Below, one piece after another: positions 10,615-24,643 of a stretch of 64,000 bases of DNA. Location: contig OZ024741.1 in NCBI GenBank assembly GCA_964016885.1, forward strand, positions 250,604,001 through 250,668,000. The letters run 5' to 3'. The notes beneath the pieces are model-generated. The model was given only the letters and a program-made list of their open reading frames with translations. It did no database searches and was not told where the DNA came from. Both the position numbers and the translations under genes were made by a program. Every line of letters begins with the position of its first letter. The stretch's first letter is position 1. The stretch is from Eledone cirrhosa (taxonomy: Eukaryota).

Positions 10615-12062
10615 AATCCCATTAAAAACCACATTAAAAATTCAATTAAAAATCTATTTTGAAAAACCCATTAAAAACCCCATTATAAGCTCATAAAACA
10701 CTCCATTAAAACCCCAACCAAACCCCCCATTAAAACACAATTAAAACATCATTAAGAATGCCAATAAAAGCGCCATTAAAAACCACATTGGAAACCCATA
10801 AAAACCCAATTAAAACAAAATTAAAGTTTCCATTAAAAGTCCCCATTAAAACTCCATTAAAACCCCATTAAACCCCCCCCCTCGAAAAGACATTAAAACC
10901 TCAAATTTAAACCGAAATAAAAACTCAATTAAAACACCATTAAAAACACAATTAAAAGCCCATTAAACCAATTAAAATTGCATTAACACACCACTAAGGT
11001 TCCATTGGAAAACCATTAAAAATGTCATTAAAAACTACACTGAAAACCCATTAAACCCCCATTAAAAGCGCACCCAAAACTTTATAAAAAACCAAATAAA
11101 AACCCCATTAAAATACCATTAAAACGGCATAAAACACCATTAAAACTACATTAAAACTCAATTAAAAATTCCATTTAAATCTCCATTATAAACTCAATTA
11201 AAACTCCATTAAAACTCAATTAAAAACTCCATTAAAAACACACACACATGAAGTTACATGCTGGCTTGCACACTTATAGCGATTGCTATTTCCTTTTAAT
11301 TTCATTAAAACTAGGATGTTTTAGAAAGATAAAAACAAAACTGAATAATGAAGAGACTAGGGAGGGGTAAAGAAAGGCAGATCAGGCTGTAGAGGACAGT
11401 AGGGGGAGAAGAGGGAAGAGACTTGGGAGGGGTAAAGAAAGGCAGATCTGGCTGTAGAGGACAGTAGGGGGAGAAGAGGGAGAAATAAACTAAATTATAA
11501 ACTAAGTTATAAACTAAATTATAAACTAAATTAAAAACTCAATAAAATAAAATAAAATAAAATAAAATAAAATAAAATAAAATAAAATAAAATAAAATAA
11601 AATAAAATAAAATAAAATAAAATAAAATAAAATAAAATAAAATAAAAAAAAATAAAATAAAATAAAATAAAAAAAACTAAAAAATATAAATAAAATAAAA
11701 TAAAATAAATAAAATAAAATAAAATAAAATAAAATAAAATAAATAAAAATAAAATAAAATAAAAAAAAATAAAAAAATATTAAATATAAAAAATAAATAA
11801 AATAAAATAAAATAAGAACTCAATTAAAAACTCAGTAAAAACTCAATTAAAAACTCAATTAAAAACTCAATCGAAGCACCATTAAAACACCATTAAAAAC
11901 TCCACTATAAACCCACTAAACCCATTAAAAACCAATTAAAAATTCAATTACACATCCCATTAGAAATTTCATTAAAAACTCAATTAAAAGTTCCATTGAA
12001 AACACATTCAAAACCCATTAACCCCATATTAAAAGTTCATAAAACTCTATTAAAAACCCAAT
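5863..12062 (+). repeat. Macrosatellite unit 2 (6200 bp)
   Basis: Anchor-to-anchor distance; all modules present. Confidence 0.93.
10062..10454. repeat. Palindrome copy, unit 2
   Basis: Same arms TAACACAAATATTAGC...GCTAATATTTGTGTTA. Confidence 0.9.
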
Positions 12063-15000
12063 AACAAACCAATTAAAACGCCATTAAAACGCCACAAAAC
12101 ACAATAAAATGTCATAAAAACGCCATTAAAACATCACAAAAAGCCCAACTAAAAAACCATTAATAATGTCATTAAAAATTCCATAAAAATCCATTAAAAA
12201 CTCCACTAAAAGCCCATTAAAAAGTTCATTAAAAGCCATATTATAAATTTCATAAAAAACAATTGAAAACCCCATTATTTATGAGCCTTTTTTATGAGTT
12301 TTTAATAGTGTTTTAATTCAGTTTTTAATTGCGTTTAAAATTGGGTTTTAATGGCTTTTTAATGGTGTTTTAATGGAATTTTAATGGGATTTTCGATGGT
12401 GTTTAATGGGTTTTTTATGGAGTTTTTAATTGGGTTTTCAATGGTGTTGTTTATGAGTTTTTAAATGGGTTTTTAATGGAATTTTAATGGGATTTTCGAT
12501 GGTGTTTAATGGGTTTTTTATGGAGTTTTTAATTGGGTTTTCAATGGTGTTGTTTATGAGTTTTTAAATGGGTTTTTAATGGAATTTTTGATTGCGTTTT
12601 TAATGAAATTTTTAATAGATTCAAGGATGTTTTAATGGAGTTTTTAATGGTCTTTTTAATGGCGTTTTAATTGTGTTTTTATGGTGTTTAAATGCGTTTT
12701 AATGATTTTTAATTGGGTTTTTAATGGAGTATTTTTAATGAGCTCTTAATGGATTTTTCAATTGGATACTTAATGGGTTTTAATGGAATTTATAATAAGG
12801 GTTCTAATTGACTTTAAATATGATTTTTAATGGAGTTTTTAATGAAATTTCTAATGGTGTTTTTAATTGCGTTCCCCCCCGTGAGGGTTTTAATGGCATT
12901 TTAAATGACATTTTAATGAGTTTTTATGATGTTTTAATGGCGTTGTAATTGTTTTTTATTGGGTTTTTAATATAAATTTGTATGAGCTTTTAATGGGGGT
13001 TTTCAATGTTGTTTTTAATGGAGTGTTTAATGGAATTTTAATGGGGGTTTGATAAAAAAAATTAATTGCTTTTTAATTTAATTTTTAATGCGTTTTTGAT
13101 GGTGTTTAAGTGCGTTCATGATGATCTTTTTAATGGATTTTTAATGGGGTTTTAATTGACTTTTTAATTGTGTTTTCAATGTAATTTTTAATGATAGTTT
13201 AATGGTGTTTTAATGACGTTTTAATTGTGTTTTTTATGGTGTTTTAGTGACGTTTAAATAGGATTTTTAATTGGTTTTTTAATTGAGTATTTATATGAGT
13301 TTTCACTGGTGTTTTTAATGGGTTTTTCAATATTGCATTTAATGAAATTTTTAATATGGTTTCAAATGGAATTTTTAATGTGTTTTTAATTGGGTTTCTA
13401 GTGACGTTTTTAATGGTACTTTAAATGACGTTTTAATGACTTTTATGGCGTTTTAATGGGTTTTTTAATTGGGTTTTTAATGTAGTTTTTTAAAAGATCT
13501 TTACATGGGATTTTATGGGTTTTCCATGCGGTTTTTAATGGTATATTAATGGAGTTTTTGGTGTGGTTGTTAATGGTATTAGTGACATTTTAATGTGTTT
13601 TTAATGGTGTTTTAAGCGAGTTTCTGATTTAGTTTAAATTTAAATATTTGATGGTCCTTCTAATGGGCTTTAATGGATGTGTAATGTGTTTAATGCAATT
13701 TTAATGGGGTTTAATGGGGTTAGTAGGTTTCAATGTGTTTTAATGGAGTTTTAATGGCTAGTGCTCTTTTTTAAAGAGTTTTTAATGGTGTTTTTAATGG
13801 TTTTTCATTGAGCTTTTAATTGCGTTTTTAATTGCGTTTTTAATCTAGTTTAAAAATTGAGTTTTAATGGGTTTTTCAATTAGGTTTTTAATGGATTTAT
13901 AATGGTGTTTTTTACGGATCCTTTAATTTTTTATAATGGGTTTTCAATGCCGTTTTAATGGTGTTTTTTAATGGTATCCTTAATGACGCTTCGATAAGTT
14001 TCAATGTTATTTTAATGGGGTTTTGATTGATTTTTTAATGGAGTTTTTTTAATGAACTTTTATTGGGGTTTTCAATCAGGTTTTTAACTGAATTTTTAAT
14101 GTTTTTCAATTAGATTTTTTATGGAGTTTTTATGGGCTTTTTAATGAGTTTTTAATGGTGTGCTAATTGAGTTTTCAATTACCTTTTTAATTGAGTATAA
14201 AATCGAGTTTTTACTAAGTTTTTAATGAATTTTTAATGGAATTTTAATGGGGGTTTCCAATGGACTTTTAATTGTGTTTTAATGGGGTTTTAAAATTGGT
14301 TTTTAGTTGCATTTTTCAGGGGCTTTTAATGGGGCTTAATGGGGGTTTAATGGGGGATTTAATTGAGTTTTTAATGGAGTTTAATAGAGTTTATAATGGA
14401 GGTTTTAATGGAGTTTTTAATGAAGTTTTAATGTAGTTTTTAATGAGGTTTTTAATGACGATTTTAATGGCGTTCTTAATGGCGTTTTAATGGTATTTTA
14501 TGGCATTTTAATGACGGTTGTAATGGTTTTTAATGGAGTGTTAATTGGTTATTAATTGTATTTTAATGGGTTTTATGAGCTTTTTAATGGGTTTTTTAGT
14601 GATGTTTTTAATGGAGTTTTTAATGGGTCTTTTAATGGAATTTGCAATGTATTTTTTAATGGTGTTTTCAATTGTATTTTTAATGACGTTTTAATGGTGT
14701 TTTTTATGGCGTTTTAATAGGATTTTTAATTTGTTTTTTAAAGGACTATTATTATGGGTTTTTTATGTAATTTTATAATGGGATTTTCAGTAGGGTTTTT
14801 AATTGGATTTTTAATGGAGTTTATAATATGGTCTTTAATTGGATTTTTAAAGAATTTATAATTGCGGTTTTAATATAGTGTTTAATGGAGTATTTAATTG
14901 GTTTTTAATGGTAATTTTAATGGAGTGTTTAATGTGTTTTTAATGGGGGAGGAGGGGGGTAAAATGCAGTTTTTAATTGAGTTATCAATGGAGTTTTTAA

Positions 15001-15787
15001 TGACATTTTTAATGACGTTTTAATAGCGTTTTATGACGTTTTAATGACGTTTTAATGGTTTTTTAATTGGGTTTTGGGAGTTTTTATGAGCTTCTAATTA
15101 GGTTTTAAATGGGGTTTTCAATGAGGTTTTTAGTGGAATTTTTAATGGGCCTTTAATGTATTTTTAATGGGATTTTAATGTTTTTTATGGCGTTTTTAAT
15201 GGTATTTTAAATGCTGTTTTAATGTTTCTTTTATGGCCTTTTAATTGGGTTTTTGATTGAGTTTTTAATGGATTTTTTTTAACGAGAATTATGAAGTTTA
15301 ATGGGTTTCGAGTGTGTTTTAAATGAAGTTTTTGATAATATTTTTAATGGAATTTTAATGGCGGTTATGGGATTTTAATGGGTTCTGGTGGTATTTTTGT
15401 GGGTTTTAATGGGGTGTTAAATGGTTTTAATGTTGTTTTACTTGCGCTTTCGATTACGTTTACAATTAAGTTTTTACTGTTTTTAATTGGATTTTTAATG
15501 GATTTTAATGTGGTTTTTAATGGAATATTAATGGTGTTTTAATATAGTTTTTAATGGGTTTCGGATGTAGCTTTTAATGGTGGTTTAGTGTGCTTTTTAT
15601 TGGGTTTTTAATGAGTTTTTATGAGCTTTTCAATGGAGTTTTTAATGGTGTTTATATATATATATATATACATACATATATATGTATATATATATATTTA
15701 CACATATATATGTGTATATATATATGTGTATATATATATTTACACATATATATGTGTATATATATATTTACACATATATATGTGTAT

Positions 15788-15825
<38 letters not shown>

Positions 15826-15826
15826 T

Positions 15827-15869
<43 letters not shown>

Positions 15870-15969
15870 TATATATATATATATATATATATATTAAATA
15901 TATATATATATACATATATTAAATATATATATATATATATATTAAATATATATATATATATATATATAT

Positions 15970-16010
<41 letters not shown>

Positions 16011-16112
16011 TATATATATATATATATATATATTAAATATATATATATATATATATATATTACATATATATATATATATATATATTAAATATATATATAT
16101 ATATATATATAT

Positions 16113-16159
<47 letters not shown>

Positions 16160-16752
16160 CACTTTCATGTTACACACTATATATAAACTGGGATTTATAT
16201 TTTGCGTTAGTGCCATATTAAGCTGACAACGATATATTCGTATCTTAAAAAATATTTCTTTTAGATCACATTGTTCTAGATATTATTAAAATTATTAAAT
16301 CTATTTTCAATTTGCACGAACACTTGCATATACTACATACATACATTTATATAGACACTAACACAAATATTAGCATATACATAATTTCTTAGTCATTGAG
16401 GATGTGTTTTTATACATACATATGCATATTGCATACATACATACATACACACATACAAGCATATACATAGACATACACACACACATATATACACACACTG
16501 TATATATATATATACATACACACACACACACATATATATATACACACACACACTATATATATATATAGTGTGTGGTGTATATATATATATGTGTGTGTGT
16601 GTATGTATATATATACAGTGTGTGTATATATATGTGTGTGTATGTGTATGTATATGCTTGTATGTGTGTATGTATGGATGCAATATGCATATGTATGTAT
16701 AAAAAACACATCCTCAATTACTAAGAAAATATGTATATGCTAATATTTGTGT

Positions 16753-16784
<32 letters not shown>

Positions 16785-16847
16785 CGCACACACTATATAT
16801 ATATATATATATACATACACACTATATATATATATATACACACACAC

Positions 16848-16910
<63 letters not shown>

Positions 16911-18359
16911 AATCCCATTAAAAACCACATTAAAAATTCAATTAAAAATCTATTTTGAAAAACCCATTAAAAACCCCATTATAAGCTCATAAAACACTCC
17001 ATTAAAACCCCAACAAAACCCCCCATTAAAACACAATTAAAACATCATTAAGAATGCCAATAAAAGCGCCATTAAAAACCACATTGGAAACCCATAAAAA
17101 CCCAATTAAAACAAAATTAAAGTTTCCATTAAAAGTCCCCATTAAAACTCCATTAAAACCCCATTAAACCCCCCCCCCTCGAAAAGACATTAAAACCTCA
17201 AATTTAAACCGAAATAAAAACTCAATTAAAACACCATTAAAAACACAATTAAAAGCCCATTAAACCAATTAAAATTGCATTAACACACCACTAAGGTTCC
17301 ATTGGAAAACCATTAAAAATGTCATTAAAAACTACACTGAAAACCCATTAAACCCCCATTAAAAGCGCACCCAAAACTTTATAAAAAACCAAATAAAAAC
17401 CCCATTAAAATACCATTAAAACGGCATAAAACACCATTAAAACTACATTAAAACTCAATTAAAAATTCCATTTAAATCTCCATTATAAACTCAATTAAAA
17501 CTCCATTAAAACTCAATTAAAAACTCCATTAAAAACACACACACATGAAGTTACATGCTGGCTTGCACACTTATAGCGATTGCTATTTCCTTTTAATTTC
17601 ATTAAAACTAGGATGTTTTAGAAAGATAAAAACAAAACTGAATAATGAAGAGACTAGGGAGGGGTAAAGAAAGGCAGATCAGGCTGTAGAGGACAGTAGG
17701 GGGAGAAGAGGGAAGAGACTTGGGAGGGGTAAAGAAAGGCAGATCTGGCTGTAGAGGACAGTAGGGGGAGAAGAGGGAGAAATAAACTAAATTATAAACT
17801 AAGTTATAAACTAAATTATAAACTAAATTAAAAACTCAATAAAATAAAATAAAATAAAATAAAATAAAATAAAATAAAATAAAATAAAATAAAATAAAAT
17901 AAAATAAAATAAAATAAAATAAAATAAAATAAAATAAAATAAAAAAAAATAAAATAAAATAAAATAAAAAAAACTAAAAAATATAAATAAAATAAAATAA
18001 AATAAATAAAATAAAATAAAATAAAATAAAATAAAATAAATAAAAATAAAATAAAATAAAAAAAAATAAAAAAATATTAAATATAAAAAATAAATAAAAT
18101 AAAATAAAATAAGAACTCAATTAAAAACTCAGTAAAAACTCAATTAAAAACTCAATTAAAAACTCAATCGAAGCACCATTAAAACACCATTAAAAACTCC
18201 ACTATAAACCCACTAAACCCATTAAAAACCAATTAAAAATTCAATTACACATCCCATTAGAAATTTCATTAAAAACTCAATTAAAAGTTCCATTGAAAAC
18301 ACATTCAAAACCCATTAACCCCATATTAAAAGTTCATAAAACTCTATTAAAAACCCAAT
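12063..18359 (+). repeat. Macrosatellite unit 3 (6297 bp; carries a 103 bp internal duplication)
   Basis: Anchor-to-anchor distance. The TTTTCGATGG landmark occurs twice (CGAT at 12394 and 12497). Confidence 0.93.
16359..16754. repeat. Palindrome copy, unit 3
   Basis: Same arms. Confidence 0.9.
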
Positions 18360-21300
18360 AACAAACCAATTAAAACGCCATTAAAACGCCACAAAACACA
18401 ATAAAATGTCATAAAAACGCCATTAAAACATCACAAAAAGCCCAACTAAAAAACCATTAATAATGTCATTAAAAATTCCATAAAAATCCATTAAAAACTC
18501 CACTAAAAGCCCATTAAAAAGTTCATTAAAAGCCATATTATAAATTTCATAAAAAACAATTGAAAACCCCATTATTTATGAGCCTTTTTTATGAGTTTTT
18601 AATAGTGTTTTAATTCAGTTTTTAATTGCGTTTAAAATTGGGTTTTAATGGCTTTTTAATGGTGTTTTAATGGAATTTTAATGGGATTTTCGATGGTGTT
18701 TAATGGGTTTTTTATGGAGTTTTTAATTGGGTTTTCAATGGTGTTGTTTATGAGTTTTTAAATGGGTTTTTAATGGAATTTTAATGGGATTTTCGATGGT
18801 GTTTAATGGGTTTTTTATGGAGTTTTTAATTGGGTTTTCAATGGTGTTGTTTATGAGTTTTTAAATGGGTTTTTAATGGAATTTTTGATTGCGTTTTTAA
18901 TGAAATTTTTAATAGATTCAAGGATGTTTTAATGGAGTTTTTAATGGTCTTTTTAATGGCGTTTTAATTGTGTTTTTATGGTGTTTAAATGCGTTTTAAT
19001 GATTTTTAATTGGGTTTTTAATGGAGTATTTTTAATGAGCTCTTAATGGATTTTTCAATTGGATACTTAATGGGTTTTAATGGAATTTATAATAAGGGTT
19101 CTAATTGACTTTAAATATGATTTTTAATGGAGTTTTTAATGAAATTTCTAATGGTGTTTTTAATTGCGTTCCCCCCCGTGAGGGTTTTAATGGCATTTTA
19201 AATGACATTTTAATGAGTTTTTATGATGTTTTAATGGCGTTGTAATTGTTTTTTATTGGGTTTTTAATATAAATTTGTATGAGCTTTTAATGGGGGTTTT
19301 CAATGTTGTTTTTAATGGAGTGTTTAATGGAATTTTAATGGGGGTTTGATAAAAAAAATTAATTGCTTTTTAATTTAATTTTTAATGCGTTTTTGATGGT
19401 GTTTAAGTGCGTTCATGATGATCTTTTTAATGGATTTTTAATGGGGTTTTAATTGACTTTTTAATTGTGTTTTCAATGTAATTTTTAATGATAGTTTAAT
19501 GGTGTTTTAATGACGTTTTAATTGTGTTTTTTATGGTGTTTTAGTGACGTTTAAATAGGATTTTTAATTGGTTTTTTAATTGAGTATTTATATGAGTTTT
19601 CACTGGTGTTTTTAATGGGTTTTTCAATATTGCATTTAATGAAATTTTTAATATGGTTTCAAATGGAATTTTTAATGTGTTTTTAATTGGGTTTCTAGTG
19701 ACGTTTTTAATGGTACTTTAAATGACGTTTTAATGACTTTTATGGCGTTTTAATGGGTTTTTTAATTGGGTTTTTAATGTAGTTTTTTAAAAGATCTTTA
19801 CATGGGATTTTATGGGTTTTCCATGCGGTTTTTAATGGTATATTAATGGAGTTTTTGGTGTGGTTGTTAATGGTATTAGTGACATTTTAATGTGTTTTTA
19901 ATGGTGTTTTAAGCGAGTTTCTGATTTAGTTTAAATTTAAATATTTGATGGTCCTTCTAATGGGCTTTAATGGATGTGTAATGTGTTTAATGCAATTTTA
20001 ATGGGGTTTAATGGGGTTAGTAGGTTTCAATGTGTTTTAATGGAGTTTTAATGGCTAGTGCTCTTTTTTAAAGAGTTTTTAATGGTGTTTTTAATGGTTT
20101 TTCATTGAGCTTTTAATTGCGTTTTTAATTGCGTTTTTAATCTAGTTTAAAAATTGAGTTTTAATGGGTTTTTCAATTAGGTTTTTAATGGATTTATAAT
20201 GGTGTTTTTTACGGATCCTTTAATTTTTTATAATGGGTTTTCAATGCCGTTTTAATGGTGTTTTTTAATGGTATCCTTAATGACGCTTCGATAAGTTTCA
20301 ATGTTATTTTAATGGGGTTTTGATTGATTTTTTAATGGAGTTTTTTTAATGAACTTTTATTGGGGTTTTCAATCAGGTTTTTAACTGAATTTTTAATGTT
20401 TTTCAATTAGATTTTTTATGGAGTTTTTATGGGCTTTTTAATGAGTTTTTAATGGTGTGCTAATTGAGTTTTCAATTACCTTTTTAATTGAGTATAAAAT
20501 CGAGTTTTTACTAAGTTTTTAATGAATTTTTAATGGAATTTTAATGGGGGTTTCCAATGGACTTTTAATTGTGTTTTAATGGGGTTTTAAAATTGGTTTT
20601 TAGTTGCATTTTTCAGGGGCTTTTAATGGGGCTTAATGGGGGTTTAATGGGGGATTTAATTGAGTTTTTAATGGAGTTTAATAGAGTTTATAATGGAGGT
20701 TTTAATGGAGTTTTTAATGAAGTTTTAATGTAGTTTTTAATGAGGTTTTTAATGACGATTTTAATGGCGTTCTTAATGGCGTTTTAATGGTATTTTATGG
20801 CATTTTAATGACGGTTGTAATGGTTTTTAATGGAGTGTTAATTGGTTATTAATTGTATTTTAATGGGTTTTATGAGCTTTTTAATGGGTTTTTTAGTGAT
20901 GTTTTTAATGGAGTTTTTAATGGGTCTTTTAATGGAATTTGCAATGTATTTTTTAATGGTGTTTTCAATTGTATTTTTAATGACGTTTTAATGGTGTTTT
21001 TTATGGCGTTTTAATAGGATTTTTAATTTGTTTTTTAAAGGACTATTATTATGGGTTTTTTATGTAATTTTATAATGGGATTTTCAGTAGGGTTTTTAAT
21101 TGGATTTTTAATGGAGTTTATAATATGGTCTTTAATTGGATTTTTAAAGAATTTATAATTGCGGTTTTAATATAGTGTTTAATGGAGTATTTAATTGGTT
21201 TTTAATGGTAATTTTAATGGAGTGTTTAATGTGTTTTTAATGGGGGAGGAGGGGGGTAAAATGCAGTTTTTAATTGAGTTATCAATGGAGTTTTTAATGA

Positions 21301-22084
21301 CATTTTTAATGACGTTTTAATAGCGTTTTATGACGTTTTAATGACGTTTTAATGGTTTTTTAATTGGGTTTTGGGAGTTTTTATGAGCTTCTAATTAGGT
21401 TTTAAATGGGGTTTTCAATGAGGTTTTTAGTGGAATTTTTAATGGGCCTTTAATGTATTTTTAATGGGATTTTAATGTTTTTTATGGCGTTTTTAATGGT
21501 ATTTTAAATGCTGTTTTAATGTTTCTTTTATGGCCTTTTAATTGGGTTTTTGATTGAGTTTTTAATGGATTTTTTTTAACGAGAATTATGAAGTTTAATG
21601 GGTTTCGAGTGTGTTTTAAATGAAGTTTTTGATAATATTTTTAATGGAATTTTAATGGCGGTTATGGGATTTTAATGGGTTCTGGTGGTATTTTTGTGGG
21701 TTTTAATGGGGTGTTAAATGGTTTTAATGTTGTTTTACTTGCGCTTTCGATTACGTTTACAATTAAGTTTTTACTGTTTTTAATTGGATTTTTAATGGAT
21801 TTTAATGTGGTTTTTAATGGAATATTAATGGTGTTTTAATATAGTTTTTAATGGGTTTCGGATGTAGCTTTTAATGGTGGTTTAGTGTGCTTTTTATTGG
21901 GTTTTTAATGAGTTTTTATGAGCTTTTCAATGGAGTTTTTAATGGTGTTTATATATATATATATATACATACATATATATGTATATATATATATTTACAC
22001 ATATATATGTGTATATATATATGTGTATATATATATTTACACATATATATGTGTATATATATATTTACACATATATATGTGTAT

Positions 22085-22122
<38 letters not shown>

Positions 22123-22123
22123 T

Positions 22124-22166
<43 letters not shown>

Positions 22167-22266
22167 TATATATATATATATATATATATATTAAATATAT
22201 ATATATATACATATATTAAATATATATATATATATATATTAAATATATATATATATATATATATAT

Positions 22267-22307
<41 letters not shown>

Positions 22308-22409
22308 TATATATATATATATATATATATTAAATATATATATATATATATATATATTACATATATATATATATATATATATTAAATATATATATATATA
22401 TATATATAT

Positions 22410-22456
<47 letters not shown>

Positions 22457-23049
22457 CACTTTCATGTTACACACTATATATAAACTGGGATTTATATTTT
22501 GCGTTAGTGCCATATTAAGCTGACAACGATATATTCGTATCTTAAAAAATATTTCTTTTAGATCACATTGTTCTAGATATTATTAAAATTATTAAATCTA
22601 TTTTCAATTTGCACGAACACTTGCATATACTACATACATACATTTATATAGACACTAACACAAATATTAGCATATACATAATTTCTTAGTCATTGAGGAT
22701 GTGTTTTTATACATACATATGCATATTGCATACATACATACATACACACATACAAGCATATACATAGACATACACACACACATATATACACACACTGTAT
22801 ATATATATATACATACACACACACACACATATATATATACACACACACACTATATATATATATAGTGTGTGGTGTATATATATATATGTGTGTGTGTGTA
22901 TGTATATATATACAGTGTGTGTATATATATGTGTGTGTATGTGTATGTATATGCTTGTATGTGTGTATGTATGGATGCAATATGCATATGTATGTATAAA
23001 AAACACATCCTCAATTACTAAGAAAATATGTATATGCTAATATTTGTGT

Positions 23050-23081
<32 letters not shown>

Positions 23082-23144
23082 CGCACACACTATATATATA
23101 TATATATATACATACACACTATATATATATATATACACACACAC

Positions 23145-23201
<57 letters not shown>

Positions 23202-24643
23202 AATCCCATTAAAAACCACATTAAAAATTCAATTAAAAATCTATTTTGAAAAACCCATTAAAAACCCCATTATAAGCTCATAAAACACTCCATTAAAACC
23301 CCAACAAAACCCCCCATTAAAACACAATTAAAACATCATTAAGAATGCCAATAAAAGCGCCATTAAAAACCACATTGGAAACCCATAAAAACCCAATTAA
23401 AACAAAATTAAAGTTTCCATTAAAAGTCCCCATTAAAACTCCATTAAAACCCCATTAAACCCCCCCCCTCGAAAAGACATTAAAACCTCAAATTTAAACC
23501 GAAATAAAAACTCAATTAAAACACCATTAAAAACACAATTAAAAGCCCATTAAACCAATTAAAATTGCATTAACACACCACTAAGGTTCCATTGGAAAAC
23601 CATTAAAAATGTCATTAAAAACTACACTGAAAACCCATTAAACCCCCATTAAAAGCGCACCCAAAACTTTATAAAAAACCAAATAAAAACCCCATTAAAA
23701 TACCATTAAAACGGCATAAAACACCATTAAAACTACATTAAAACTCAATTAAAAATTCCATTTAAATCTCCATTATAAACTCAATTAAAACTCCATTAAA
23801 ACTCAATTAAAAACTCCATTAAAAACACACACACATGAAGTTACATGCTGGCTTGCACACTTATAGCGATTGCTATTTCCTTTTAATTTCATTAAAACTA
23901 GGATGTTTTAGAAAGATAAAAACAAAACTGAATAATGAAGAGACTAGGGAGGGGTAAAGAAAGGCAGATCAGGCTGTAGAGGACAGTAGGGGGAGAAGAG
24001 GGAAGAGACTTGGGAGGGGTAAAGAAAGGCAGATCTGGCTGTAGAGGACAGTAGGGGGAGAAGAGGGAGAAATAAACTAAATTATAAACTAAGTTATAAA
24101 CTAAATTATAAACTAAATTAAAAACTCAATAAAATAAAATAAAATAAAATAAAATAAAATAAAATAAAATAAAATAAAATAAAATAAAATAAAATAAAAT
24201 AAAATAAAATAAAATAAAATAAAATAAAAAAAAATAAAATAAAATAAAATAAAAAAACTAAAAAATATAAATAAAATAAAATAAAATAAATAAAATAAAA
24301 TAAAATAAAATAAAATAAAATAAATAAAAATAAAATAAAATAAAAAAAAATAAAAAAAAATTAAATATAAAAAATAAATAAAATAAAATAAAATAAGAAC
24401 TCAATTAAAAACTCAGTAAAAACTCAATTAAAAACTCAATTAAAAACTCAATCGAAGCACCATTAAAACACCATTAAAAACTCCACTATAAACCCACTAA
24501 ACCCATTAAAAACCAATTAAAAATTCAATTACACATCCCATTAGAAATTTCATTAAAAACTCAATTAAAAGTTCCATTGAAAACACATTCAAAACCCATT
24601 AACCCCATATTAAAAGTTCATAAAACTCTATTAAAAACCCAAT
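18360..24643 (+). repeat. Macrosatellite unit 4 (6284 bp; near-identical to unit 3)
   Basis: Same 103 bp duplication (CGAT at 18691 and 18794) and same private variants as unit 3. Confidence 0.93.
22656..23051. repeat. Palindrome copy, unit 4
   Basis: Same arms. Confidence 0.9.
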
